Source: Rhynchobatus australiae
Taxonomy: Eukaryota
Assembly (NCBI GenBank): GCA_034780895.1
Contig: JAUZTB010000076.1
Location: forward strand, 33,228,878 to 33,287,024
Direction: 5' to 3'
DNA length: 58,147 bases
Notes under the pieces: generated by a model
Seen by the model: only the letters and a program-made list of their open reading frames with translations
Databases searched by the model: none
What the model was told of the DNA's origin: nothing
Shown here: one piece after another, positions 37,083 through 50,850 of the stretch
Position numbering within the stretch: the first letter of the stretch is position 1
How the letters are laid out: each line of letters opens with the position of its first letter
Program-made: the position numbers and the translations under genes

Positions 37083-39989
37083 GAACAACAATGAACGGTT
37101 AATTTAATTACTTAATAATTGTTCTGGCCTGNNNNNNNNNNNNNNNNNNNNNNNNNNNNNNNNNNNNNNNNNNNNNNNNNNNNNNNNNNNNNNNNNNNNN
37201 NNNNNNNNNNNNNNNNNNNNNNNNNNNNNNNNNNNNNNNNNNNNNNNNNNNNNNNNNNNNNNNNNNNNNNNNNNNNNNNNNNNNNNNNNNNNNNNNNNNN
37301 NNNNNNNNNNNNNNNNNNNNNNNNNNNNNNNNNNNNNNNNNNNNNNNNNNNNNNNNNNNNNNNNNNNNNNNNNNNNNNNNNNNNNNNNNNNNNNNNNNNN
37401 NNNNNNNNNNNNNNNNNNNNNNNNNNNNNNNNNNNNNNNNNNNNNNNNNNNNNNNNNNNNNNNNNNNNNNNNNNNNNNNNNNNNNNNNNNNNNNNNNNNN
37501 NNNNNNNNNNNNNNNNNNNNNNNNNNNNNNNNNNNNNNNNNNNNNNNNNNNNNNNNNNNNNNNNNNNNNNNNNNNNNNNNNNNNNNNNNNNNNNNNNNNN
37601 NNNNNNNNNNNNNNNNNNNNNNNNNNNNNNNNNNNNNNNNNNNNNNNNNNNNNNNNNNNNNNNNNNNNNNNNNNNNNNNNNNNNNNNNNNNNNNNNNNNN
37701 NNNNNNNNNNNNNNNNNNNNNNNNNNNNNNNNNNNNNNNNNNNNNNNNNNNNNNNNNNNNNNNNNNNNNNNNNNNNNNNNNNNNNNNNNNNNNNNNNNNN
37801 NNNNNNNNNNNNNNNNNNNNNNNNNNNNNNNNNNNNNNNNNNNNNNNNNNNNNNNNNNNNNNNNNNNNNNNTTTTCTGTGGTGTTAGGGATTCAGGAGTT
37901 ATGGATTTATGTGAATATAGCAGATATCAATTCAAACAAGAATGAATCTGAAGTTCTTAATGTACATTGCAAGCAGTAATCAGGTTGAAGGTAGATAGGA
38001 CAGTTTTGCAAACAAACAGCATTGTCTACAGAGCACAGGTTGCTGGCCCACACCTGGGAGCTGGCTGCTCAATAGATAAAGTTTGCAAAGTGAGTTGCCT
38101 GTGAGACGTTCTCATCGGCATCAGCCAAATGTAAAACAATGGGGTAATGTAAATTGGCCTACATCAAACCAGGCAACTATGGCTAAGATATTTTGCACCC
38201 TTGTGTCCAAATTCAAGAAAGCTTGCAGACCAGACTGATATTATCACTTACCGCATCAAACATGGTCACAGGCATAATGGTCGACCAATAGTCGGGATAT
38301 CTGTATAGTCAGAGAGTCAGCCCTCTCAACATTAATTTTAGGAGCCTGGGATCTCTGTCTGCAGAAGTTTTTATACCATCTGTGTAAATTACTTTGTCCC
38401 AGCAAAGGTGCTTGAACATTCAAAGGTGTCTCCCATCTTAGATATGCAACTCAAAGGGAACATTGTCGATTCAAAATATTGAAGTAATTGATGTCATTGC
38501 AACTATTGAAATTGTATTGAATCACCTGCTGCTACCTTTGATCTTAAGGGTANNNNNNNNNNNNNNNNNNNNNNNNNNNNNNNNNNNNNNNNNNNNNNNN
38601 NNNNNNNNNNNNNNNNNNNNNNNNNNNNNNNNNNNNNNNNNNNNNNNNNNNAGTGTCTCTCTGGTGACTGAGATCACAGCCACGATATGTGGCAATTTCA
38701 ATGGAATGGTTGCGGGAATGCCAGAAAAATGCCTTTTATGCCATTTTTCTGTGGTTTCTATGGCCAGGTTGAGGAATGTGTGGGAAAAACCTCTTCAGAA
38801 ATTCACCATCTACATGGCTTATTCCTAAAGCAAGGATTCCAATTAAACAGTTTGACTGGAGTCCCATTTAAGAAAACTAAATTCTTTCCATAAAATACTC
38901 GAATGTAAACATTCTCTGCCTTCTGACCCATGGAAAAGGCTCAGCTCGTTTTAGTTACAGTTTATCATTATTTTCTCAAAGGAACTAAGCTGCAAAATGG
39001 TCTTTCCACATGGCTTATTAACTCTTTAACGGCCAAGGTAAAACTGTTCTGTTACACTGGGGTTTGTACACTCCTCAGTTTTTACTCGCCTCTTGTAATG
39101 GTGAGATGCTTGCAAGGAGAGCCTTTTAGGGCATCATCCAAATTGCCATTTAAGTACAGATGGTCACTTGAGATCAGGACTTCTCAATAACTTCTTCCGT
39201 TCTTTTCCAAAGATTAATGAAACTACTGCAGTTATCCAAATTCCACTCTGTCTGTGGTCAAATATATTAGTATAAACCAGATATCTATCTAACCTGTGAG
39301 AAATCCTTTTATTTAAGGGGAAATGGAAATAGCAAGCAGAATCTTAGAAGTTCCAATCTTTATTTTTGTGGTTTTAAGCATCCCCTGTAGGTCTTAACAT
39401 AGCATGATTATGTTACAGAGGGATGTAATAATATACTGAAGTATTGGGTTAGTTTGAAAATTGAAATATCATTTGTCTTACACAGAATTTGAATAATTCC
39501 TGGACTTTGAACACACTGAGTTTGATTGTAGAAAATTACTACCAGGTTTGCCAGGAGCACAAGCAAGATTGGGAATATAAAGAGCTGGTATCACTTGCCT
39601 TGCAGATCTTCCTACAAATGAAATAGATTTCCTATATTTGTAATTTGGCCCAGAAAGGCAGACCGTAAAATCCTGGTTAAGATATCTGATGCATTGAAGG
39701 TTGAGGAGGTTTCTGGTAACATGAGAAAAAAATGTGTGAAACAGAAAGTTCAAAACAATATTTAATGGATCAGTCTTGAAGAAAAGCTCTTGGTCCTCAA
39801 GATGAGGCCTTGAGCTCCTGTTGCTGGATGGAGAAACAAACCTGCAATTGATTTACTGTTGTCAAATTTCACCCTGAGTACAAGAAACAGGAGTGGACTA
39901 TAGAATTTCAGTCATGCTCCATCATTCAGATCATAACTGATTTGATTACCGACCTCAACCTCACTTTCCCTTAACCTTCCAAAGACGAG

Positions 39990-40560
39990 ACAAAATTGAG
40001 AGAGGCCGTCCCACAACTTAAGAATAGTCCGACATAGGCCCCTCACAAGAACGGGCAAACTAGAAGTGAAATGTTATCTTCATGGAGTGGATTTTTCTGT
40101 CAAAAATGAGATAATTAGAAACTCACTGACTCTCCATGTAGGTTAAACAAATATCTCATGACTCTCTGGCTCACTCTAACATGGAACCAGCATGATGTGG
40201 TCATCAGCACATATGGGTCAACCCAAGAAAGAACAAATGACTTCTATTCCAACCCTGAAGAACTCTGGCCTGCCCCAGAGGGAGACAAACTGCTCCTCCT
40301 GGGCAACTCAATAACAAGGCTAAAGGGGATGCAAACCCTATAAAGGGCATGACTGGCTTGGAGACAGTAGGGAAGGTCATCTCCTACAGATTCCTTTCTC
40401 AACAAAATGCTTGGAGCACACTTTTGTCATTACCAACACCCTGATTCATAAGAGATTCATCACATTCTGCAGTGTGCTCCAACCACAGCAACTTGTCATG
40501 GCTTCTTCACCAACACCTTCTCAACTTGCAAACTCTACCAGCCAGAAAACCAGGGCCAAC
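39990..40560 (+). mobile_element. RTE-clade LINE AP-endonuclease fragment
   Basis: HGVDFSVKNE, LMTLWLTLTWNQHDVVISTYGST, DFYSN, EGDKLLLLGNS and FVITNTL correspond to RTE endonuclease motifs (HGVGFA, RLMTLRL, VISAYAPT, LILLGDFN). Confidence 0.8.
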
Positions 40561-43500
40561 AGNNNNNNNNNNNNNNNNNNNNNNNNNNNNNNNNNNNNNN
40601 NNNNNNNNNNNNNNNNNNNNNNNNNNNNNNNNNNNNNNNNNNNNNNNNNNNNNNNNNNNNNNACAGACATAAAATAACTGCACTACTTCCAAATCTTCCC
40701 TCCAAGTCACACCATCCTGATGTGTGCATGCACTGTTACACCTTTCCCTGACAGTGGTCCAAATCCTAGAACCCTCTGCCTCAGAGCACTGTAGAATACC
40801 TTCACTGCACACATTGTATTAGGTCCAAAAACAGACATGAAACTTTTGGCAACTGTGAGTGAGTTTTGTATTAGTTCTGCAATGATGCATGGTGTTCATT
40901 TTTGCTAAGCGTCACAATCCAAAAATCCCATCTACACATAATGAACCCAACTGGTTCATACATCCTCATTTCGAGGAAATCCTGTCACCCATCACCCTTT
41001 TACTCATTGACCTTGAGGAACGTGCTCAAGTAATGCTTTGACTCTAAAATGAATTGGTGCTCTGCAGTATCCTCCTTCCGATCTGAATGAGGGTGCATTG
41101 TGCACTGTATGCTTTATCCCAGCCTAGCAATACAAGTACTCAGCACGTCTGAAAATGACTGCATCAAACCACACATTTGAGACCTTGTATTGATAGGAAC
41201 AAATTTTAAAAATTAGACAAATTATTGGATGAATCTTGTCTCGATGACAATTCTGGTCCAACTCATTAGCAATTTTTCATCTATTAAAATATGTGCCTTA
41301 CGAATTACTCTGTGGTCTTTGTGCCATTCAGAACAGTCCATTATTCCTCAACAGAGAGGTGACTTAATGGCAGATATTTCCTATTATCATTGTTTCCAGC
41401 TGATTGGTATACAGGAGGATAGACCACTCCCCAGTAGCTAATACTTGGTTTCACCTCTTTCCACCAGCCTACATGCCAAGCCAAGCAGGAAGCTGAAAAT
41501 CAGAGCCGCTGCTATGTAACTTTAGTAAGAATATGTTTAAATATTATACATCATAAGAGTTCAGTGATAGATACCTGTTTACAGGCAAGTTTCTGACTTT
41601 GTATACCTGACAAAGAGATTCAAGTGATGAGAGTACAGATTTGAAAATGTTTAATTTAATGGTTGGAAACAGATGGGCCACACGTCCGAATTATTTTTCT
41701 TTTCTATTAGTTGATTTACTCTTGCTAGCAGTTAAATGCTACAACTTTGCCTCTGTATCACCAGTCTAATGTTAGGAAGAGCTCACTTCTCTTTGGATGT
41801 TGAAATCTTGACTAAAATCACTAAAATTAGAATCATTAATATTTCATATTCCTTGTCTGAACATTTAGTAATAGAACTATGACTCTACTTGACCTAGACA
41901 AGTTTCCTTAAGCAAGTTTGCTGTTTCACCTCATGCAGCTGTTCAGTTGGATACATCCATGCAGNNNNNNNNNNNNNNNNNNNNNNNNNNNNNNNNNNNN
42001 NNNNNNNNNNNNNNNNNNNNNNNNNNNNNNNNNNNNNNNNNNNNNNNNNNNNNNNNNNNNNNNNNNNNNNNNNNNNNNNNNNNNNNNNNNNNNNNNNNNN
42101 NNNNNNNNNNATACTGCTTGATTGATCCTGCAGTATAAAATGCACAATGTTCACTGAAACAACTGGTTTTTCAAACAGTTTAAGGGAACTGCAGAATAAA
42201 TTTGAGTGATTTGAAAATTATTGTACCTTCCCATTAAAGTACTCAGTAAGAATTCTACTTTTAATACTTCCTTTACATTGAGAGAACTTTTTATTTTAAT
42301 TTTCTCTCTGCAGACTCTGAAACTGGCTGAAGACTTCACATTGAGAATATCAGTGAAGTTGTACAATAGCTTAATCAAGAGTCTGCTACACCCAATGGGA
42401 ATCACACTTATGTATTGTGTGTTGATATGCTGAGTCACTATCACAATGTGCAAGTCTATAAAAATGGACCAAGACCATCACCAGACCTTGCTATTCCTCA
42501 CACACATTGGTTTTTACTTAAGTGGGATCTATGCATGGTATCATTGGTATCAGGGGAACAAGTGCCACAAACTCATCATTTTCTGGATGAACAATATTCT
42601 TCTGGATTATGTATATGCTTTATTTGTAACTACTTTATTCCCTCTAATTTAAAAAAATACTGCTCTTGAAACTCCCTGATGACTCAAGTTTAAAGCACAT
42701 TGCCTAGTGTGGCATTTTGCTACAGAGAATGAGATTCCAAGACTGACCTTGTTTGTCCGATAATTGTTCGTCAATTTGTTTGTCAAATTGCACGTTATGT
42801 GATGAGTTGATGCCTTAACTTGGGACAGAATTGTAAAAACAATACTGTTGGGAACCTGCTTCTAAATAGTAGCTGGTGACACCTGTTGGGAAATGCATTT
42901 TACATGCCCACAAAGACAGCACTGACCCAGAGTCCTGCAAAGTTTAATAGTTTCAGAACACTTGTTTTCGGGTATTGTACATGAAAACAGCTAGAATGGT
43001 CAAGGTAAATGGAAAGTATGCAGTACCTATTCTCTGCAGATGAGGAAAGGGAAGACAGGGTGGCTGAAGAAGTTAACAATTTTGTTGAAAGTTTGCAAGC
43101 AAGTTAAGTACTTTTATCTTGCTTACACAATGAATGCTTTTCAACGTCTCATCACACAGAAGAGCTTTTATATTCCCAGATAGAAAGTAAACACTGACAT
43201 TTAATATCACAGGATAAAGCAAACCGCTACTAGTTGTTGTACAGCATATTGCCTACTCAGGTGTTGAGAGCAGACTGCATGTATCACTAAGTGCACTTTA
43301 CAGGCAGCCGACTCCAGCTAAAGTTACAGTGAATCAAATATAGTCAGCCCTCGTTAGCAGTAACTCATCCAGATCAGCTACAGGGTTCTTAACATTGAGT
43401 TTTTATTAGATGTCAGGATACTTCTGTGGCTGGCACACTCTTCTGATCTTCCTAGAGTATTTGTATTTCTGAGTTTGCCAGTAGCAGTTAAGTCTTAGAA

Positions 43501-43949
43501 ATGAGTACACGATTAGTTCTTCCAGCCACATTGGGCAAGTGTGCAACTGGAAAAGCCCCATCCATTTTCAGCTATATTATGTTGAGCCACTGTAATTATC
43601 CATATTACTTGGCAGTTATAGCTCAGTGTTTATGGTCCAGAAGAGTCCCTCCAAAACTTATCTGAACCAGCCCTTTCACCATGTACAAGGCCTCACATAT
43701 ATCTAGTTACTACTCACGTTTGATAAAGTGGTAGCAAGTTCCACAACCTCATCACTGTCCAGCTGACACTCCAATCTGTTCCTCATCTCTGACTGCATTC
43801 ATTTGTCTATTGTGGGGAACCTCAGCAAAGACCCTTTGAAAGTCCAGGTAAACCACACCTACTTTGTTAATACCATCTACTTTCCTTGTTACCACCTCAA
43901 ACATGGTTGGTCAAGCAAGATTTCCACTTTAAAGGGAAGGGCTTGTTTA

Positions 43950-44590
43950 ACTGACAAGTCAAACCAATATAGGAATTATAGTATGAACGGTAAGGCACCA
44001 GGGAGTGTAATGGAACAGAGGGGCCTAGGAGTACAAGTGCATAGTTGGTTGAAAGTGGCATCACAGGTAGACAGGGTGATGAAGGAGGAGTTTATCATGC
44101 TGGCCTTCATCAGTCAGGACACTGAGCTGGGACATTATGTTGCAGTTGTATAAGTTGTTGGTGAGGCTGCACTTGGAGTACTGTGTACAGTTTTGGTCAC
44201 CTTGTTATAGGAAAGATGTGGTTAAACTGGAAAGAGTGCGGAAAAGATTTACGNNNNNNNNNNNNNNNNNNNNNNNNNNNNNNNNNNNNNNNNNNNNNNN
44301 NNNNNNNNNNNNNNNNNNNNNNNNNNNNNNNNNNNNNNNNNNNNNNNNNNNNNAACTTTTTCACGCAGAGGGTGGTGAGTGTGTGGAACGAGCTGCCAGA
44401 GGAAGTGGGTGAGGCAGGTACAACAGTATCCTTTAAGAAGCACTTGGACAGGTACATGGAGGGGTGGGGCTTGGAGGGATATGGGCCGAACGCAGGAAAT
44501 TGGGACTAGCTGGGTGGCACTGTGGTCGGCATGGACTGGTTGGGCTGAAGGGCCTGTATCCGTGCTGTGTTGCTCTTTGAATTTGTGGAT
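43950..44590 (+). mobile_element. CR1 LINE 3' fragment, preceded by an opposite-strand CR1 scrap at ~43790-43930
   Basis: LYKLLVRLHLEYCVQFWSPCYRKDVVKLERVRKRFT; FFTQRVVSVWNELPEEV..AGT..SFKKHLDRYM; gggctgaagggcctgt tail. Confidence 0.95.
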
Positions 44591-45564
44591 AAAGAATATT
44601 CTTTTTTACAATTTATTTGTAACTCTCTTATATTAATGATAGTTGTAGAATTAAAGATACCAGTCATAATTGGATATTGACTGCATAAATGCTTCACGTG
44701 ACTCCTTATCTAACTATTGGTATGTACTTTGAAAGCTAGATAAATAACAATAAGAGGAGCCAAAATTAGGGCCTAAAATGATCGAGCGTCCTTTTCTGGA
44801 TTTCTGAGCTACCATATGTCAATCAGAAGAGTATTTGCCCTGTCTGCAATGACTTGGACTCATTGGTTGGAATGATGGCGAACTGGTCAGTGTTTGGTGT
44901 TATTGCACTGTGAATTAAACATGAACTCTGAAACTGTACTTGACATGGTTAAAGGCTGATATACTGATGCTGTTGCTCATGATTCTCTAGTCCTCCACAG
45001 GATGCAGTATTGGTTCTCTAGGATAGAACACGACATGAAATTACTGAAGTAATTTAAGTACCATTCTCCCTATAAGAGAGTTCTTGCAAAAGTTAACCTT
45101 TTTTTCAAATGAGAAAAACTGAGGTTGTAATATTATAGTAAGCCGTAATTACTGTTGACCACTGCTCTGGCACTGTAAAAACTAGTTGGATATTTGTGCA
45201 CACCATGATAACTGTTTGACTTATATTTAAAATCTAGGGCGTGATAAATGGGCAAAAGAATGCCACAGTTGTGGTGGGCCAATGAGTGTTTTTCTAGTTG
45301 TCTAACCACACCAAAACCTGGTTGCAGCTGAGGCCCAAGGACTTNNNNNNNNNNAGTCTCTGCATTGTTTGCGTTGAAGGAAGAGACGAAAAGGATTAGT
45401 CCAACATCTCTGCGAGGTGGGGTGGAGGGATGGTGGGGAGGAATTTCTCTGCTACTTCAGTAGTGGGGGAAGTGATCAGAGCCCAGAAGCTTCAGTGGGC
45501 AAAAGAAGAGAAAAAAAGATCATAGTCTTTAGGGTGGTTCATTTAACACAAGGAGGGGCCCATG

Positions 45565-45735
45565 ATATTAACAACATATAAAAAGACATTTGGATAAGTA
45601 CATGGATAGGAGCGGTTTAGAGGGTTAAGGGGCAAATGAGGGCAAATGGGACCAGCTTGGTGGGCACCATGGTTAGCCTGGACAAGTTGGGCCACAGGGC
45701 CTGTTTCAATGTTGTATTACTCTATGATTCTATAT
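45565..45735 (+). mobile_element. CR1 3' tail
   Basis: KRHLDKYMDR, followed by ttgggccacagggcctgtttcaatgttgtattactctatgattcta. Confidence 0.85.
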
Positions 45736-47522
45736 AGATTTCATATTTGCACACCTCCTAGGACAGCTCTGTTGCACTCTGTTGACTTGGAGTGCCCAAT
45801 GACAGCTGTCAAAAGGACAAGGTGCTCCAAATTGTACTGCAATATTTAAAAAAGGACTGCTGCACAGAGAATGATGCATTCTGAGCAAGTGCTTGACTGA
45901 CTCTTCTGAGTGACACTAAGTGACCTGGAAGTAAGTGCTTCACACACAGAAAAAAGTTATTTTCAATTGCACAACGCTGAAATTTTTTCTCTAATTTCTA
46001 CAGAATTATTAAAATTGAATGATTAAATCTGTTCTTTACTTCTTGTTTTACTATCTGTGAGAATTCTTCCATTTGGTTGTTCAGCTTGATTGCTAATCAG
46101 CAGAGACTGCCTATAGGTGACACTGGAATGAAATTGAAGCCAGAAAAGGTGAAATCCACACACCAGAGATCACTAGGTCTTTGCATAAAAAATTGTTTTT
46201 ATGTCAAAGCCAAGTGCTATCATTGTACACTGATCACAAAATCCTTCTTTATATCCTCTATTTCCCATTCACCTAATTAACAAGAATAATGTTACACATG
46301 GAAGAAAGTTTACTGGTCTGGCACTCCTTTCTTTCACTGGATTACACTGGATCTCAAAGACATGATGCCTTTGAAAGATCAACAGCCTGTGCTGATATTT
46401 ACAATATTATCAAAATATGCATCATCTTTATACCAAGGTGTGAGATTTTCAGCTTTTTGTTACTTTGCTCATAAATTCTCTTCCTCCTCAACAACAGTCA
46501 GCCAGACCTTTAGTTTCTGCCCTCTTTGTTCAAGACAATGGATAGAAAATGCAGAAGAATGCAGTTTAATTCAATAATCCATATACCACACCTTCATTTG
46601 GGAAGCACATCAATTTCTGTTTGGTATCCTACTGAAACAACGGGGCTGTGAGTTCACTGGCAAAGAATCCAACTGATATTCCCCCATCACACATCCTCCC
46701 ATTGTGTAGCATATTTATGTACCACTGCTCTATTGGGCATCTACAACTCTTGACAGCTTTAGCTACTGTATTCATTGTTATGAAACCTCAAACAAACCAA
46801 CCTCACTCCCGCCATAAACTATAATGATATGCATCTTTGATTCTGGCCATGACAATCCATTCTTGGTCATGTAAGAATCAATAGTTATCTACATTTCCTT
46901 GCAAGCATAATCAATTCCTGGATCCAAAACTCAAAGGGAAGAAGTGACAAAAATACCAACTTCATTGTCCCATAACATATTAGCCTTTGAAATTCCGAGT
47001 GGAAGCACCAAAAATGTCATTGTCTTGCACAGGCTGTACTTAAATAACATTAAAAGAAAGACCACAAATCATAAAGCAAAATCATCTGTTTTTGGCTTTC
47101 TGACAGTTCAAAACACTATCCCAGGTATAAAATAACAATCTGAATTGGAGTGAATCACTTACAGTGACTTACTGATGGGTAATAACACAAACTGGAAATA
47201 AAATTATTTTCCAAACCAAAAACAGAATTGAAGGTTAACTGTAGATTCTGAATTTGCTGGTGATTCAATCAATAGTTCAGAAAGGTAGTTCAAAGCAAGT
47301 GCCAAAAATTATTTATAACTCTTTTAAAAATGTACCTCTTAACATTTCTGTTAACTTATCATTTTTAGCAACTGGAGCAGTGTATTAAAAAGGAACTGCA
47401 CTTCAGTATCTCGATAAATTTTGCCTTACTGTCAAAATGGATCAAAACAAAAATATTCTTCATGCCATTTTTCCTTCTTGAAAACAATCAGCTGTAGTCA
47501 GGGAATCAATTGGATGGCTTAC

Positions 47523-47650
47523 CTGGCTCCACCTCATGCCAACCACTTGACTGACTGCCACTCCCTGGAGATCGACCTTGGTTGGTATAAAAGGGTTCTT
47601 CACCAGGGCTGTCCATTTCATCTTCCATAGATTTGTGGCGCTTTGCAGAA
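47523..47650 (-). CDS. NFIA: NFIA internal coding exon (equivalent to human exon 6), 128 nt
   Basis: The minus strand reads ttccccgttacag|T TCT GCA AAG CGC ... GAG CCA G|gtaagc. It translates [42 protein letters not shown](G), which matches my recollection of human [47 protein letters not shown]. Splice sites are canonical AG/GT. Confidence 0.97.
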
Positions 47651-48199
47651 CTGTAACGGGGAAATTAAATGTCAGAACAGTAAAGTTATGCTCAATCCAC
47701 CTTTTTTTTTTAAAATACCCATTAGGACCACAGCATCATATTTAAACTCAAAATGTTAAAGCCTGTCACAGCCTCCAAACTAGTGTTCAATCCACATTCA
47801 CTGGAGGGAACACTTATATTCAATTTGCATGGGGACTACATTCACATTCAACACCAGATTATGGCATTTGCATTGACATAGAAAAGTATTCTATAGCTTG
47901 TACTTGAAATTACTTCTTAAAAAAAATCTAAACCTAGAAATTAGTTTGCATCAACTTTCACTNNNNNNNNNNNNNNNNNNNNNNNNNNNNNNNNNNNNNN
48001 NNNNNNNNNNNNNNNNNNNNNNNNNNNNNNNNNNNNNNNNNNNNNNNNNNNNNNNNNNNNNNTCAACTTTCACTGTGCTGAAACATTGCAGTGTTCAGAC
48101 GGAGAGCTAATTTATATTCCCTTAAAAAAATCATAAAATCAATTTGCAACAGCAGTGGGTATTAATGCCCAGAACAAAATGTTAAAATGGGGCATAACA

Positions 48200-48395
48200 T
48201 GAACATGAGCAGATAAAAAATAGCAGGAGTAGGCCACACAAACCTTTGAGATTGTTCTGTCATTCAAGATCATGGCTGATCTTTCACCTCAGTATCATTT
48301 TCCACCCACATACACATATCCCTTGGTTCCCTTCATCCCTTGAAATCGATCAGTCTCCACCCTGAATGAACGTAACAACTGAACTTCCACACTGC
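48200..48395 (-). mobile_element. CR1 3' tail fragment
   Basis: gcaggagtaggccacaca..ctgtcattcaagatcatggctgatct, similar to 17960-18030. Confidence 0.7.
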
Positions 48396-48417
48396 AGCAA
48401 CACACATTACAGCTATA

Positions 48418-48930
48418 ATGGAGGAGAGAAAGATTTCAGGAGAGAGGAAAGGGTTCCCAGATTCTCATGAAGAGCCTTAGAATTGCTCAAAAGTGAGGTA
48501 CATGTCAGGAGGAGATCCTATATAGACCAGCCAGGGTCACCATAAAAAGAACCTGGCAGGAGGTGGCTTGAGTTGTCTTCTCCAGAAGTGAGAATCCATG
48601 AGCAATGGAGCAATGCTGCGAATGATTTCATGACTTCGTGAGATGCATAAAAGTCAAGAACTGACTAGTAAAAATACTACTTCCTCGGAGTTTTATCCAG
48701 ACATTCCCACCCTCTCCCCACATACACACACACACCCTTCCCTATTACTCCATCACCCCATCCTTCCACAGACATTCTATCCCCACTGCCTCCACACAAC
48801 ACTTCAATATCTCCATTTAGGCTAAATCAGTGAGGAACAGGAGGGAGTCCAGACAGGAAAGGGGAAGCACCCCATCAGGCTGGAGGAGATGATCATCTTG
48901 CTCCTGGGCAGAGGAGTTACTGAGGTGCAA
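48418..48930 (+). pseudogene. Fossil PIF/Harbinger Myb/SANT-like DNA-binding gene, two exons with a retained intron (48653-48820)
   Basis: ERVPRFS*RALELLKSEVHVRR/EILYRPARVTIKRTWQEVA*VVFSRSENP*AMEQCCE*FHDFVRCIK|gt..ctccatttag|AKSVRNRRESRQERG../LEEMIILLLGR follows the Myb_DNA-bind_5-type pattern (PRFS..LE.L...V..R...L...W.EVA..V......R..EQC.KRF.D). Confidence 0.75.
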
Positions 48931-49103
48931 AACACCTTACTAGTAGCAGCTGTACAGAATCTGCCATATTTGGTTGTTAAGTCTTTATTGTGTTCATTAC
49001 ATCCTATTAAATTGATCGACTCTACACTTCTTCATTATCGTCTGTGCTGGTGCATCGTCACAATGGTACTGTGGGCACAGTTTCTTTGTGCAACTGTCTT
49101 TTA

Positions 49104-50850
49104 GAATCACAGAGTTGTACGGGACAGAAACAGGCCCCATATCCATGCTGACTTTCTTGTCCATCTACAATAACCCTATTTGCCTGGATGAGATCTGCAT
49201 CCTTCTAATAATGTCTTGCCTGCCTAGGTGACTCCTGAATGTAATGATTGTATCTGAATCTACCACCTCCTTTGGCAGCAAATTCCAGATATCATTCACT
49301 CCCTGTGCAAAAAAAACTTTTCCTTCAAATCCCATTTAAAACTCCTTTTTCTCACCTTAATCCCTCCTGTTTTTGATACCCTTAGCATAAGAAAAAGATT
49401 CTGACTACCTACCTTATCTATACCTTTTATATGCCTCTATCAGGTCTCCCGTCAACTTCCTTCTCTTCAGGGTAAACAAGCCCAGCCTATCCAATCTTTC
49501 CCCAGAATTACAGTTTTCCCATCCAGGCAACTTCCTGGTGAATCTCCTTGGTACTCTCTCCAGAGCGACCATATCCTTCCTACCACGTGGCAACCAGAAT
49601 TGCACACTATACTCCCAAGTGCAGTCTAAAGAGTGTTTTGTAAAGTAAAATATAACATTCCAATTTTTAGATTCTATATGCTGACCTATGGAAGCAATTC
49701 TGTCATGTGCCTTTTTCACCACCCTATCTATNNNNNNNNNNNNNNNNNNNNNNNNNNNNNNNNNNNNNNNNNNNNNNNNNNNNNNNNNNNNNNNNNNNNN
49801 NNNNNNNNNNNNNNNNNNNNNNNNNNNNNNNTGTTGCCACTTTGAGGGAACAATGGACTTGAATCCCAAGGTTTCTCCATTCATCATCATTCCTTATTGC
49901 CCTACCATTTACCGAATATGTGCTACCTCTGTCTGACTTCTCAAAATGCCATCTGCCAACAATCCGCCCAACTTTTCATTTGATCTATATCCTGCTGTAA
50001 CCTCAGATAACCTTCCTCCCTATCCACACCACCACCAACTTTCGTGCCATTCACAAGCTTAGGATTTATACCGCTTACATTCACATTCAAGCTGTTGATA
50101 TATATTACAAACAACAAGGTCCCAGCACCAATCCCTGCAGTATACTACTGGTCACAGACTGCCAATCAGAAAACCATCCTTCTATCACTACCTTCTGCCT
50201 CCTATCACAAACCAACTTTGGATCCAATTAGCCAGCTTGCCTTAACCTTCTCGACCATGAGGGATCTTGTCAGATGCCTTACCAAAGTCCACACAGACAT
50301 CTTCCACCCTGCCTTCATCAACCTTCTTAGTTACCTCCTCAAAAAAAAACAATCAAATTAGTGAAGCAGGATTTCCCTGGCATAAAGCCAAGCAGACTAT
50401 ACCAAATAAGCCCCTGCCTTTCCGTAAGGATCTAAATACTATCCTTTAGAATTTTCTCCAATAATTTTCCTACCACAGATGTAAGGCTCACAGGCCCGTA
50501 GTTACCTGGATTATCCCTGCTGCCTTTCTTAAATAAAGGAACAATTATTAGTTATCCTCAAGTCTTCTAGCACTTCACCTGTAGCTAACAAAGGTGCAAC
50601 CATTTTCATCATGGCCTCAGTTATCTCCTCCCTTGCTTCCCGTAGCATCCTGGAATAGTACTCATCCAGCCCTGGGGATTTATGAACACTTATGCATCCC
50701 ATAACATCTAACACCTCCGCCTCCTTAACACTGATCTTCTCCAGATTCATATATCCCTCCCTGAACTCATCTTCCACGTCCTTCTCCCTGGTGAATATGA
50801 GAAGTATTCATTTATGACCTCATCCACGTAGCCTGACTCCACACATTGTT
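49104..50850 (-). mobile_element. CR1 LINE 3' ~1.7 kb (RT region), decayed
   Basis: HKSPGLDEYYSRMLREAREEI; EYSVQFWLPRGRKDMVALERVPRRFTRKLPG; RLDRLGLFTLKRRKLTGDLIEAYK; 3' tail at ~49105-49150. Confidence 0.95.

Larger units (their letters stand above)
14220..47522 (-). other. NFIA: NFIA intron between the two exons (~33.3 kb including N gaps)
   Basis: GT donor at 47522-47521 and AG acceptor at 14221-14220; the phase-1 junction reconstitutes GGA (Gly). Confidence 0.92.

Noticed and set aside
37119-37979. 286-aa ORF
   Set aside because: Almost entirely N gap.
50377-50391. NFI consensus CTGGCATAAAGCCAA
   Set aside because: It lies inside a decayed CR1 coding region and is most simply a chance mutation product.
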